A stretch of 63,796 bases of DNA, filler included, from Octopus bimaculoides (Eukaryota): the NCBI RefSeq assembly GCF_001194135.2. It is 7 parts of 6 records of this genome, joined end to end, with 100 filler letters (N's around TTAATTAATTAA, not from the genome) between each part and the next. Parts side by side here need not be neighbours in the genome. Positions count along the whole stretch, not along the records: positions 1 to 24,156 come from NC_068984.1; positions 24,257 to 33,330 come from NC_068981.1; 5 more parts are not named here. One strand, written 5' to 3'. The position numbers and the translations under genes were made by a program. A model generated the notes under the pieces. It had not been told where the DNA came from, searched no databases, and saw nothing but the letters and a program-made list of their open reading frames with translations. Positions 12,898 to 27,006 of the stretch are shown in pieces. Each line of letters opens with the position of its first letter. Position 1 is the stretch's first letter.

Positions 12898-13572
12898 GCG
12901 TTTGTGTCTTTAGCCATTTAATTCCCAGAGACGTAATGCTTAATTGAGAAATCATTACACATATGTACGCTATTCTCGCCAATGATATATAGCAGATGGC
13001 GTTTCTGGAATTTTAGTTCTATGTCCATGTGTTCCACCGCTCTCTCGCTTTCTATCTCTTTGTTGTTATTGTTGTTGTTCTTGTTATTATTGCTGTTGTT
13101 GTCAACGTTTGATATCCATTATGGAAAAAGGGTTTATAAAAGGACAAGCGTTGTTTCATTTCGTTTTGTTTTGTGTTTTTGCTTTCTGTTTTATTCTGCT
13201 TTTTATTCTATATTTTTATCCCCAATAAAGGATTGATAAAAAGTGCTTTCCTTTTATTTATTATTTAATATATTTTATATATCGATTGATTTATTCATTT
13301 CCGCATTCATTCGTCATTGATCACCAAACATCCATCCATATTTCCATTGAACATTTTAGCAATTATTAATTTATTAGAAGAGAGCAAGACAACCTGGAAC
13401 TTTTACTACTTGTACGTGCGCACATGCATGTACGATTGCGAACGGACGTGTGCTTGTGTGTATGCGCACGTGCGTATGTGCATTGTATATCAATGAGATG
13501 TGTGTGTGTGTGTGTGTGCATATACATTGTGTACGGTAATACGAGTTGATACACATAAATGCATATACATAC

Positions 13573-13621
<49 letters not shown>

Positions 13622-13800
13622 TGAATATACTATTAATTATACACATCTGTATATGTGTGTGTGTGTGTCTGCGTATGTGTGTGAGTAGGCAAAAGTGGTC
13701 CAAAATCACATAGACAAACACTCACATAGGAGCACATAAATGCAAACTTACGCACATAATACATACATACACTTCCTTCCACACACACACACACACACAT

Positions 13801-13841
<41 letters not shown>

Positions 13842-13956
13842 CATATGTATACACTCACGCGCACACATATAAATGCATATATATGCATATATATATTCAT
13901 ATACACACACACACGCAAATATATATATATATATATATNNNNNNNNNNTATATATG

Positions 13957-13999
<43 letters not shown>

Positions 14000-14084
14000 A
14001 TACATAGATATATACATATATATATAGATATAGATATATGCATATATATATATATATATATATACACATACATACGCACATGTA

Positions 14085-14115
<31 letters not shown>

Positions 14116-14482
14116 TTGTAGAAACGTAAAGCTATCTAGTATGATATCATTAAGTTATGGAGCTAGATGAAACTAGACAGACCGTCAGGCAAATACTCAT
14201 TGATGTGATTTTATTATATAATTACTTTCATCTTTTAACATTCTCTGTCATAACAAGGCCACTGTATCTATGGCGCAGTCTAGTGGTTGCTTAACCTGCT
14301 AAAAATACCAGTTGAATTCATGCAAACCATACCTTGACGTCTTAAGTTGCTAAAGGATACGTAGGTGGAGCAATGTAGTCCTATATGCATCTAGGAAAAG
14401 CAGGATAGATGGTTATGGCCTGAATGTCTGTGATCATAAGTTTGATCTTTTAAATTTCACGCCTGACTAAGTAACAACAACA

Positions 14483-14543
<61 letters not shown>

Positions 14544-15630
14544 TTACTACTACTACTACTATCACTCTTAATGTCAACACATATACACACTTATTCACAG
14601 CGCCCTTGATAATACAGAAACGTACGAGATTGAATTCAACTTTGAGAAACGTTAAAACAAGAAACAAACGTATCTACCAGCAGTTTCCACGATGAATATT
14701 CAAGTTGTTTCTATCACTAGCTACACACTGAACTATAGTTAAAGTGGTTGAGTATTCCAACACACAGGTAATCTGTCACACGTATCTCTCAGACAGAGTC
14801 AGCGTCGAATAGTGTGTACGTGAGTAGATCGGCCGTGTCATAGCGACAACCCAGCATATCCTCCGGGTTTCCGTACAACTTTAGTTAGCCTAATATCCCA
14901 GTAGCTACAAATATAATTAGACCTTTCTCCGACCCTTCTGGACTCCCCTAGAAAGTTATAAACTTATTTATGCCGAGCACGTTAAAATAACTTTTCTTCA
15001 AAATACAGTTTCATTCAGTTGAAAATAAAATGGCTGTTCTGCGGTATATTTATCCGTACAGGATAAATGTTTTATATATAACTGTACGCGACTGAAAGCC
15101 TTACTTGTTGGTCACATCAATAATCAAAACGAAACTTCTCTGTGCAGTAGCGTGACTTGCAATGTATATCAGCTAAGTCTATCTCAAATCTCACACATTA
15201 GAGAATGTACTTCAGATACAGTTTTTCTCGAACAGAAAAAAAAAATTACCACCACTAGAAATGCATTTGATCCGCGATCTAATCGATTACACCAACCGTT
15301 AGTTTATACAACCCCCACCATCGTTGCTGCTACCCCACCCCGCCGCCATAGTCAGCACAACAACAATAACTTCAACAATATTAGTAGAAACAACAAAGAA
15401 AATAAGGACGCTGAGCGTAAAAAAAAATGTTTAAAAAACCCAACAAAATAATAGAGATTAACACAAAGGATAACATCCTGTGAAGTATTTTTCACACGTG
15501 GACTCATGAAAATATCTGATCATCGCTTTTCATCCATCATAATTATCTTTCTCCTTTGATCCTCTCCCCACTTCTTTTGTTTTTATATACATAGTTTTTT
15601 TTAATATATATATTTAGTATCACTCCGTAC

Positions 15631-15663
<33 letters not shown>

Positions 15664-15948
15664 AATCTATCTGTCTGTCTGTCTGTCTGTCATTACATTT
15701 ATTTATTCATCTATCTTTCTAAATTTCTTTCGGTTTACTCTCTGCTTTTCCCCTTCTATAAACCTCTCACTGTATACATATACATGCATGCATGCATCCA
15801 TCCATACATACATACATACGTATATACATACATACATACATACATACATACATACATACATACATACATACATACATACATGCATACATACATACATATT
15901 CTTTGTGTTTGTATTTTTTCGCTTTTTCTAGACATATATTCATAAAGA

Positions 15949-16041
<93 letters not shown>

Positions 16042-16729
16042 GCTTGATCATTTGTTGTAGTTCTTTTAATCATTCTAAATAAGACATAATAACAACAATA
16101 ATAGCAACGATATTAACTGCAACAACACTGATAATAATGGAGTAGGAAACTATTGAATTTATTATTTCTATGAAAAAAAAAAATCAAATCAATCCGAATG
16201 ATACACTTTGCAAACGACACACGACTGAGCTCTGACACAAAGGATCAAACAGTCCCCTGGGATAGACAGAAAAGAAGTAATAATAATAAATAATGTACTT
16301 GTTTCATCAGTAGTTATTCTAGACTTAAAAGTATGCAGAATAGATCAACATAGCTCCGGCGTAAGGATTTTATTTTTTATTTTTATTATGGCTTAGTCAT
16401 AAGAGGAAGAAGGTCGCTCATGACCATTTTCAGAGTGACCGAAAATTTTGGGAGAAGGAGGGTAAGTTTTGCTGAGAGCGCAAACTTAGCCTGGGTACTT
16501 ATAGTCTGTTTGACTTTTCTAAAGGCACCGGAAAGCAAAGTGATCGTGTTAAACCGGACGAATGAAAGAAGACGAGAAACGGTTCCTCACACGATTACCA
16601 ACGTAGTTTCCTTCTATGAAATTTCATTTACAGTAACTCTGCGGTAGACCCGAGGCTATGTTAGAACACACGTGTCGAAGATTCCGCGCAGTAAAATTAA
16701 ATGCGATACCGAGCAGTGGCGAAACAAAC

Positions 16730-17009
16730 ATCTTAAGCCATGCAGCAATAAATACACCCATAAAGACGGCATTGCCAATTCCTGAAGTGCACAATATTTT
16801 TCTTCGTAGAGCGCTGACATGCGCATGTCATGAGGTTAAGAATTTCATTTTGAAAAGCATATGGCAGTTGTCTTGAATATATTTGCGTGGCACATTGGAC
16901 AAGTGTCTTTTCCTTTAACACCGGATCGATTCAAATTTTGCCAATGAAATTTGATAGACGAAATCAGTATACACACACACGCACACACACATCCCGGCAT
17001 GCACATACA

Positions 17010-17071
<62 letters not shown>

Positions 17072-17430
17072 NNNNNNNNNNNNNNNNNNNNNNNNNNNNN
17101 NNNNNNNNNNNNNNNNNNNNNNNNNNNNNNNNNNNNNNNNNNNNNNNNNNNNNNNNNNNNNNNNNNNNNNNNNNNNNNNNNNNNNNNNNNNNNNNNNNNN
17201 NNNNNNNNNNNNNNNNNNNNNNNNNNNNNNNNNNATATATATATATATATATATATATATACGTGTCATATGGTATAATTATAAACGGCAGATTTTAGCC
17301 ATTTCTCCGCAGACTGAAAAAATGATGAACAACCTTCCTTCGTCGATTTTCGAACTTTATTGGGTTCTCATCAGAGTTGTTCACATCACTTTGACAATCT
17401 CCAGAGAAACAAGCAGCTAAACTGTACATG
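16730..17430 (-). mobile_element. Possible Helitron helicase C-terminal remnant split by microsatellite and gap
   Basis: Degraded peptides IKFHWQNLNRSGV and IYSRQLPYAF loosely resemble TINKSQGQTL..VG and VFSHGQLYVAFSR helicase motifs; weak. Confidence 0.3.
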
Positions 17431-17693
17431 TACTCACTAAGATGTTGGTTCTTACAAAACTAGTGATGTTTCCTTCTCTTGAAAATTAATCTCAGAGTAT
17501 TTCACTGAATTTTGAGTACTTTGCCTTAAACTGTAACTCCAAATTTTAAGTAACCGGACACATACGCACTCAAACATTGCACACACGCATACATACACAC
17601 ATAATACATATATACATACTTCCTTATTTATATTTATATGTATACATGTATTCATAAATATAAATTTATAATTACATGCGCATGTGTGTGTGT

Positions 17694-17804
<111 letters not shown>

Positions 17805-18269
17805 TATGAGTATGTATGTGTGTCAGCGGTAGATGGAAACACCAGTGAGAAAAGCGATAAACCACTGTTTTCGAACTCAAATACCTCATGGTATTTGTTC
17901 TGCCCGAATTACGCAGGAATTCCCTTGCCATCGTAAATGTAATGAACCAATAATCGCCTCGTTCAAGTCTTGTAACAAAAGACGCTATTTTTCACGCAGA
18001 AAACCGTGATATTACAAATAATAATTGTTAGTGGTATTTATTTTTATCGACTGTCACAGCGGTGATAACAAGGAAAAGTCTACTTTTGCGGATTGGATTT
18101 GAGTGTCGAACGAAGAAAAGACTAAACTAAAATACTGCCAATTCGTCATTCAGCTTTGAGGAAATAAATATTGGATAACATTCAAAAATGCTATTAACGA
18201 TATACGAATGGTCTTTAAGGAATTGCTGATACTGCTATTTCTAACCGCTTTCTTATGGATTTCTTGCAC

Positions 18270-19150
18270 TGGCACAAGGCCAAAAATTTATTGAGAAAGG
18301 GTATTGTAGAGTGAGTATATATACTACGTACATTATAGTATATTAATACCGGTACGCTTATGCTTGTTTTTGTTTTTCTTTTATTGGCCCAGAAGCATGA
18401 AAAGGAAACTTGACTGTTGCCGAATTTGAATTCAGAACATAAAGTAACGTAATTAAATATCGATTTCTACTACATGGTTTTGAATTTTGTTGGAAGGATA
18501 TAACTCTCAGTATTTGGCAGATACTTTACTATATCGGCACCCAGTAGATTGAAAGGTAAAGTCGACCGCGGAGAGATTCGAACACAAGGTGAAATGAAAT
18601 AATGCAGTATCGCAAGGAATTATATTTTTTCCCTTTGCTGTTCTACTGATTCTGCTATATGTTGCCTCCAACGCCGCTATCGCTGCCAATATCGTTTTCA
18701 TATTGAAGACATACAAAAACCATCGAGCTTCGAATATAATGACGGGCTTTTATCTTGCTATACTGCAAAACATTGTTTTGCACTTATTGTTGATTCCCAA
18801 CTGTCTAGATCGATTATAGTAGTTCAAGGTGAAAGCATTCATCATAACATTTCCGATCCTTTGGTTCAAAGTAGTCATCATCATCGTGGTTGTCTTATTC
18901 TTCTTCTCCTTCCACGTTTCCTCCTCCTCCTCCTCCTCCTCCCCCCCCTCCTCCTCCTCATCCCCCTTCTCTCTCTCCCTCCTCTAATTCCATTCACATT
19001 TGGAATACATTATAGACATATTAAATCGATCCCATTCATTTACTGGTTGGATATATTATTATCCGAAAAGATGAAAGATAAAGTTGATCTCGAGGGGTAT
19101 TTGAACTCAGAACTTGTGGGACCCATGACTAAATTATTCGTAGGCATTTC
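18270..19150 (-). mobile_element. Cluster of three degraded SINE family B fragments (~18270-18450, 18510-18640, 19040-19150)
   Basis: Each carries variants of gaaagg(t/c)aaagtcgac..gaatttgaactcagaac. Confidence 0.55.
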
Positions 19151-20039
19151 ATCTGTTGTTCCCTAAATTAGGTCAATCCACATGAGAAGGAGACATCAAT
19201 GTGGCTGCTCTACATAATGGAAATAGCAAGCTAAATCTCTCTCAAACCATACCTTACTCTCCCTAGAATATTAGTTAACATAATCTTAGATACACTGCTT
19301 GAAATAAAGACGGAATAGGATGGTCACGGATGGAATGCTTTTGATCATAGTTGTGTTCGCTAACAAGAAACAAATATTCGGTGAAGTAAAAAGACAATAT
19401 TGCTTTTTACTTCACCAAATATTTCATGTTTATCCACGACCCCGTCATGTGTGTGTGTGTGAGTGTGCGCGCGTGCGTATGTGCGTATGCGTGTGCGTGC
19501 GCGCGTGCTCACGTCCTTAAAAACATTCGACTGCTCTAGTTTTGACTGATTTCTGAGATCATTTATATTTACTTCTTTGTTATCTCTTTATTTTATACTT
19601 TTTAAAAATATTTCTTAAACTCGCTCCTCAGAAAATCCTTTGAATTATTTCTCTTAAAGAAGAAACAAAGGAAAATTAGCATAATAGGCTATAGTCAATA
19701 ATGGATATACCAGTAATTTATAATATCAAACTATATACATAGAGAGATAGAAACGAATTCTTTACTTTACATACAACAAACTCAAGTAGGAACAAGCACA
19801 CAACAAATTCATAAATTGCAGATTACTCAACTGCACTCATGACTAATAAAATAGATAAGCATGTTACGATATGGTTTATCAAGAAACGTATTATATCCAA
19901 TCATAAACTAGCATTAAATATAAATTACAATAACAAAAATTATATTAAACATCTCTGCAAGAGTAATAAGGGCAGAAACAGTATGAACAACAGCAAGAAG
20001 AAACTAGAAACCAATAAAATGCAGAATGCATAATGCAAT

Positions 20040-20850
20040 TTAGGAAATCCTATTGCACTAAATACATTTCACTTGACCAATAATTTACAAGACATTATTA
20101 CTGCGCATTATATTTCATAAACAAAGACCTAGAAAGTATTCTACATTGGAGATATGCCAATTTTGTCCCTATCAACAGAAAAGGAACACAAACGATGCTC
20201 ATGCCGAGAAAACCTCATCCCATACTGCCCCTTAATTAGGAGCAGCATTTAAATGGAGCCCTAACAATCACTTCAATTGTTAGGGTTCTCTATTGCCGAC
20301 GATATCACTTATCGAAAGAACGTTCTTAACATAGATAGGCACATTACAACGATTGGCCTTTTCTTCAGTCCAAAGATACTTCAGTCCCCAACAATTATTG
20401 GCACTCTACCAAGCTCAGGTAAGGCCCACAATGGGGTGTTGCTCTCACATTTGGGAATGTGTTGTTGCTACACACGCAGACATTTTAAATCGCATCCGCA
20501 AAAGAGTCAACGGATTGATTTGTATAGAGTCATTCACAGACACGTTCCAGCCTTGGACTCAAAGATTCGCTGTCCACCTTCTTTTGCATTTTTCCTGGCA
20601 TTTTAATGAGCAGTGCTCATTGGAACTGCACCCTACTCAAGCATTCTCGTCCCAGTCGTCTTTTCTCCACACATCACCCTTGTTTGTCCAAGCCCTATAG
20701 GCTTACATTCCTACATAGAACGCCGGCTCTCTAGAATTCCCTACATGCTCATGTTTTGTCCCGCAAGTATCGATTTACAATGGTTCAAATGCACGCTCAC
20801 GGCATTACTCTCACTCCTCAGAACTACAAAATTTGATACAGAAGGTTCAT
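20040..20850 (+). mobile_element. CR1/L2-group LINE reverse-transcriptase C-terminal remnant
   Basis: QRYFSPQQLLALYQAQVRPTMGCCSHIWE..LNRIRKRVNGLI matches the LY(K)..VRP.LEYC..W..LDR.Q.R pattern. Confidence 0.75.
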
Positions 20851-21561
20851 TAATAGCTTTTACAGGAAAGCGTTTAGAAAGATTTAGAGAACCGCGCAGT
20901 AAAGATCTAGACTAAACCACACCGTTATATAAATTTACAATATTTCAGCAATTTATGACATAAATATATTTACCGCGTAAACGACATCGTACATGAATTT
21001 ACGATATTTCACAGCAATTTAATATATAACATCGTTTCAGTTTGATGCAATGACCATGGAATATAATACAAGGAATTTGTTTCTCATGCTGTTCCCTTTG
21101 ATCTTGCAAAGGAAGTTAACGGATGCCTGTGTGTACTTTGTATAGCAATTTGCTNNNNNNNNNNNNNNNNNNNNNNNNNNNNNNNNNNNNNNNNNNNNNN
21201 NNNNNNNNNNNNNNNNNNNNNNNNNNNNNNNNNNNNNNNNNNNNNNNNNNNNNNNNNNNNNNNNNNNNNNNNNNNNNNNNNNNNNNNNNNNNNNNNNNNN
21301 NNNNNNNNNNNNNNNNNNNNNNNNNNNNNNNNNNNNNNNNNNNNNNNNNNNNNNNNNNNNNNNNNNNNNNNNNNNNNNNNNNNNNNNNNNNNNNNNNNNN
21401 NNNNNNNNNNNNNNNNNNNNNNNNNNNNNNNNNNNNNNNNNNNNNNNNNNNNNNNNNNNNNNNNNNNNNNNNNNNNNNNNNNNNNTATATATATACGTTC
21501 ATAGGTATGTGTGTATGTGAGAGTGTGAGTATGTATATATATATACAGAGAAAGAGAAAGT

Positions 21562-21609
<48 letters not shown>

Positions 21610-21614
21610 TAGAA

Positions 21615-21645
<31 letters not shown>

Positions 21646-21649
21646 AAGG

Positions 21650-21687
<38 letters not shown>

Positions 21688-21834
21688 TACTTGTATGTTT
21701 TTGTTTGTCTTAGTTGTTGGCTTACCGTACTATTCTTTGCATATTGATATACATGCATGCATATATACACACATACACACATACACACATATATACATGC
21801 ATACAAACATTTTTGTTTGTATGCATGAATGTGT

Positions 21835-21996
21835 GCAGGAGTGGGTGTGTGGTAAGTAGCTTGCTTACCAACCACATGGTTCCGGGTTCAGTCCCACTGC
21901 GTGGCATCTTGGGTAAGTGTCTTCTACTATAGCCCCGGCCCGACCAAAGCCTTGTGAGTGGATTTGGTAGACGGAAACTGAAAGAAGCCCGTTGTA

Positions 21997-22033
<37 letters not shown>

Positions 22034-22170
22034 GTGTGTGTGTGCGTCTGTGTTTGTACCCCTAGCATTGCTTGACAACCGATGCTGGTGTGTTTATGTC
22101 CCCGTCACATTAGTGGTTCGGCAAAAGAGACCGATAGAATAAGTACTAGGCTTACAAAGAATAAGTCCCG
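21835..22170 (+). mobile_element. SINE family A, cut by gap at 3' end
   Basis: Nearly identical to the 11908-12340 copy. Confidence 0.9.
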
Positions 22171-22976
22171 NNNNNNNNNNNNNNNNNNNNNNNNNNNNNN
22201 NNNNNNNNNNNNNNNNNNNNNNNNNNNNNNNNNNNNNNNNNNNNNNNNNNNNNNNNNNNNNNNNNNNNNNNNNNNNNNNNNNNNNNNNNNNNNNNNNNNN
22301 NNNNNNNNNNNNNNNNNNNNNNNNNNNNNNNNNNNNNNNNNNNNNNNNNNNNNNNAGTGAGCAGAGGAAGAGAAAGAGAAGTGACAACTTAAGACGGAGA
22401 GAAAGAGACATAGAGTAATAAATAAAGATAGGGAAGGGAGAGGAAACTCAAATACATACCAAGATAATGCACTGAGATTGATAGAATTCTCATTCCCATC
22501 ACATTCATGTTTTTTTTTTCTCTCCTTTCGTTTCATTTGTTTGCTAATGACTGTTTGTATATTTATTGTGGCATTCTTTATTTATATTTATACTAGTAAC
22601 GCCATCTGTCAATAGAACCGATTAAAGCAATAAGTTAACAGACAGATAACTGAAAGTTTAAATATTTTCAGCCAGAAAAAAAATTCCTTTTCTTTTTCTT
22701 GTAATTTTCTCCCCACCCGCTAGTTCAGCAATTAATTCTTATTCCGGTTTTTCCATCACATCATTCTCTCCCTCCTACTCAGTCTATCTATCTGTCTAAT
22801 TGTATCTCTCTCTCTCTCTCCCTCTCTCTCTTCCTCCTCCCCTCTCTCTCTCTCTCTCTGTCTGTCTATATAGTGAAGATATTAGTAGCTCGTAAATATA
22901 TAGTGTGTACATTAAACAGTATTTTATTTATCTCTCACCGGATGGAGTACCTTTTTGGTTGATCTTAAGCGAACTA

Positions 22977-23041
<65 letters not shown>

Positions 23042-23044
23042 ATC

Positions 23045-23075
<31 letters not shown>

Positions 23076-24025
23076 CTGTTGTGTCTGGGGAGAGTCATTC
23101 TCTTTTAGTGCCTTATCATTTAACACACTCATTTACTTATTTACTTTTTTTTTTCATTGGAAAAATAAATAAGCAATTGAATGGAAACTTTACCTGTGAG
23201 TGTGTTAAATAATAAGGCACTAAAATAGAATGTATCCCACCACCCCCAAAAAAAACAACAAAATATGCTTCAAACCACGAACTCACATAAAGTATCTTGC
23301 AAAACAAATATCAAAACTATATATATATTTGTATGTATGTATGTACCCACATATATATGTATGTATATACTCACATATGTATATGTATTATGTAAATCTA
23401 GTGAAATCTGTGTATAATCACTGGAAATTGCAAATATTAAAATCTCCTCCAAAACGCTACCCATTACGCCTTTAATCATAACTTCAATTAGATCTTTCTC
23501 CAATTAGAGTTGATCTTGTTCTCAACGACGACAAACAGCAAAAGCTTTCTACATATCTGAAGCCAATGAAGAAACCGCGAATGATTGATACGACGTGCCT
23601 GGAATAGCAACTTTCAAATCTCAGCGAAATCGCACCCAAATGCCTTAACAGAGAAGTATGCATTAGCTCATCGAAATAGAGAAGAAAACTGAATAAGACA
23701 GAAGAATAACAAACAGCTAAATAACAGCAATGATCAGTATATCTCTCCTAACATTGCTTTGAATGTCCACCTCTGTAACCTATCTCTCCTTCTCTCCCCC
23801 CTCTCTCTCTCAGCCTTTTCTCTCTATCTATCATTGCGTTTCCATCCAATAGTGTCTTTTACATTATACGTTCCCTACTGACCTGTTTTTACCCTTCCTT
23901 TCTATTAACATAAAGCTTATTTCGGAAATGTGTTAAACCAACAATTTGTGCTTCCTGTTGAATTGTTTTTTTATTTGTACATCATAGAATATATACCTCC
24001 ATTTATCTGTGTATATAAGAATGTG

Positions 24026-24060
<35 letters not shown>

Positions 24061-24156
24061 AATACTGGAGTTTACAAAACAGTGACAAATGCATTTAGTG
24101 CAAAACGATCAGTGGTATATGTACAACCGTGATATTCCTACTAGTTACAAAGGATG

Positions 24157-24256
24157 NNNNNNNNNNNNNNNNNNNNNNNNNNNNNNNNNNNNNNNNNNNN
24201 TTAATTAATTAANNNNNNNNNNNNNNNNNNNNNNNNNNNNNNNNNNNNNNNNNNNN
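24157..24256. other. Assembly linker 44N-TTAATTAATTAA-44N (also 33331-33430, 47396-47495, 57555-57654, 59905-60004, 62393-62492)
   Basis: Six 100-bp blocks with the same all-frame stop 12-mer centred in Ns (12-mers at 24201, 33375, 47440, 57599, 59949, 62437). Confidence 0.95.
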
Positions 24257-24300
<44 letters not shown>

Positions 24301-26041
24301 TCTTGTTTGTTTTTTGCACTTCTATATTTCCGTGTTCCAGTTCCGAATGCAACATTCTCTGTACAGGGAGTTTGCATGCATTATTGCCGTTGTAAACATT
24401 TGGATACGGAACCTAAGTACTCCGGATCAGGTACTGTTGATTAAGGTACTGGCCAGGCCTATAGATATGAGATGGTGATGAAGGGGATACGATGTACCAG
24501 TGTGGTAGAGATGAGGTACTTGTCAGACAAACTTGAGGTACTCTCGTAACGAAGATGAGTCATGGATAAAGCAATGGGAAAAACAAGAGGTGAGGATAGA
24601 AGAGAAAAGAGAGACGTACAGGCGAGACAAGGGTGAGACAGATTGAGATGTGTCCGTAATTTATTAAAAAATAAGTAGACAAGACAGGAGAACCACAGTG
24701 ACGGCAATGATAATGACGATTGTGATGATGGCTGTGGTTGAGGTGATGATGCTGATGATGATGATGATGGGGACGAGGAGTAGGAGGAGGGGGATGGGGG
24801 ATTAGGATGAGTGTAAAGAATAGCTGAGAGTGACAAAGAGAAGGAAACGTGTAAAAATAGCTGGAATTCTTTATCACAAAGATACGGCAAATGTCTTTAT
24901 TGTGCACCCGATGAAGTTCAAATACTGAGAAGTAATATTCATAATGATATATTACTGGATAGACAAATACATTATCTCACACACACACACGCATTTTTAG
25001 GTGTGTTCTGTGCGCATGCGTGTATATATATATATATATGCACATATACATATAAATATATACATATATATATGTACACATATATGTATACATACATATA
25101 TATATNNNNNNNNNNNNNNNNNNNNNNNNNNNNNNNNNNNNNNNNNNNNNNNNNNNNNNNNNNNNNNNNNNNNNNNNNNNNNNNNNNNNNNNNNNNNNNN
25201 NNNNNNNNNNNNNNNNNNNNNNNNNNNNNNNNNNNNNNNNNNNNNNNNNNNNNNNNNNNNNNNNNNNNNNNNNNNNNNNNNNNNNNNNNNNNNNNNNNNN
25301 NNNNNNNNNNNNNNNNNNNNNNNNNNNNNNNNNNNNNNNNNNNNNNNNNNNNNNNNNNNNNNNNNNNNNNNNNNNNNNNNNNNNNNNNNNNNNNNNNNNN
25401 NNNNNNNNNNNNNNNNNNNNNNNNNNNNNNNNNNNNNNNNNNNNNNNNNNNNNNNNNNNNNNNNNNNNNNNNNNNNNNNNNNNNNNNNNNNNNNNNNNNN
25501 NNNNNNNNNNNNNNNNNNNNNNNNNNNNNNNNNNNNNNNNNNNNNNNNNNNNNNNNNNNNNNNNNNNNNNNNNNNNNNNNNNNNNNNNNNNNNNNNNNNN
25601 NNNNNNNNNNNNNNNNNNNNNNNNNNNNNNNNNNNNNNNNNNNNNNNNNNNNNNNNNNNNNNNNNNNNNNNNNNNNNNNNNNNNNNNNNNNNNNNNNNNN
25701 NNNNNNNNNNNNNNNNNNNNNNNNNNNNNNNNNNNNNNNNNNNNNNNNNNNNNNNNNNNNNNNNNNNNNNNNNNNNNNNNNNNNNNNNNNNNNNNNNNNN
25801 NNNNNNNNNNNNNNNNNNNNNNNNNNNNNNNNNNNNNNNNNNNNNNNNNNNNNNNNNNNNNNNNNNNNNNNNNNNNNNNNNNNNNNNNNNNNNNNNNNNN
25901 NNNNNNNNNNNNNNNNNNNNNNNNNNNNNNNNNNNNNNNNNNNNNNNNNNNNNNNNNNNNNNNNNNNNNNNNNNNNNNNNNNNNNNNNNNNNNNNNNNNN
26001 NNNNNNNNNNNNNNNNNNNNNNNNNNNNNNNNNNNNNNNNN

Positions 26042-26114
<73 letters not shown>

Positions 26115-26385
26115 TAGATAGAATGTGAAGAGATATATAAGTATACTTATATGTATATATGTGTATGTATAAATACACTCACACACACAGACGTATGTGT
26201 ACATATATATGAGTGTGTGTGTGTGTATCTCTCCAATATCAAATAATGAAATACGCTAAACAGTAAGGTTAAGTTATCATGAGATATCAATTGGCCTGAC
26301 TGAATGTGTGCACATATATATATATATACATATATATAGATAATATATATGTTTGTGTGTGTATGCGTTATAGGTAAGTATTTGT

Positions 26386-26464
<79 letters not shown>

Positions 26465-26588
26465 TTTGCCCTCACTGTGTGATCTTTATCTTTTCGTCCT
26501 TTTGCGTTTCTTTTAATCAATCATTTTTCANNNNNNNNNNNNNNNNNNNNNNNNNNNNNNNNNNNNNNNNNNNNNNNNNNNNNNNNNN

Positions 26589-26649
<61 letters not shown>

Positions 26650-26970
26650 ATATATATATATATACACATATATATATACACATATGTATATACACACACG
26701 TATATATACATATGTATATACACACATATATGCACATATACGTATATATATATGCATATATATAAGTGCATACATACGCACTTGAATACAAATATATGGA
26801 TATACATATGGATGCATATATACACATATACAGATTTATACATATATATACATATATACATGTATATATATATACACATACATATACATATATATAGATA
26901 CACATATACATATTCATACAAATACACATTGATATATGCATATACATACCTATATATACATACCTATATA

Positions 26971-27006
<36 letters not shown>

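Noticed and set aside
22975-23075. (GATA/TATC)n arrays near the GATA gene (also ~15630, 43417, 47800) as autoregulatory sites
   Set aside because: These are ordinary tetranucleotide microsatellites in a genome saturated with them; no evidence of local enrichment.
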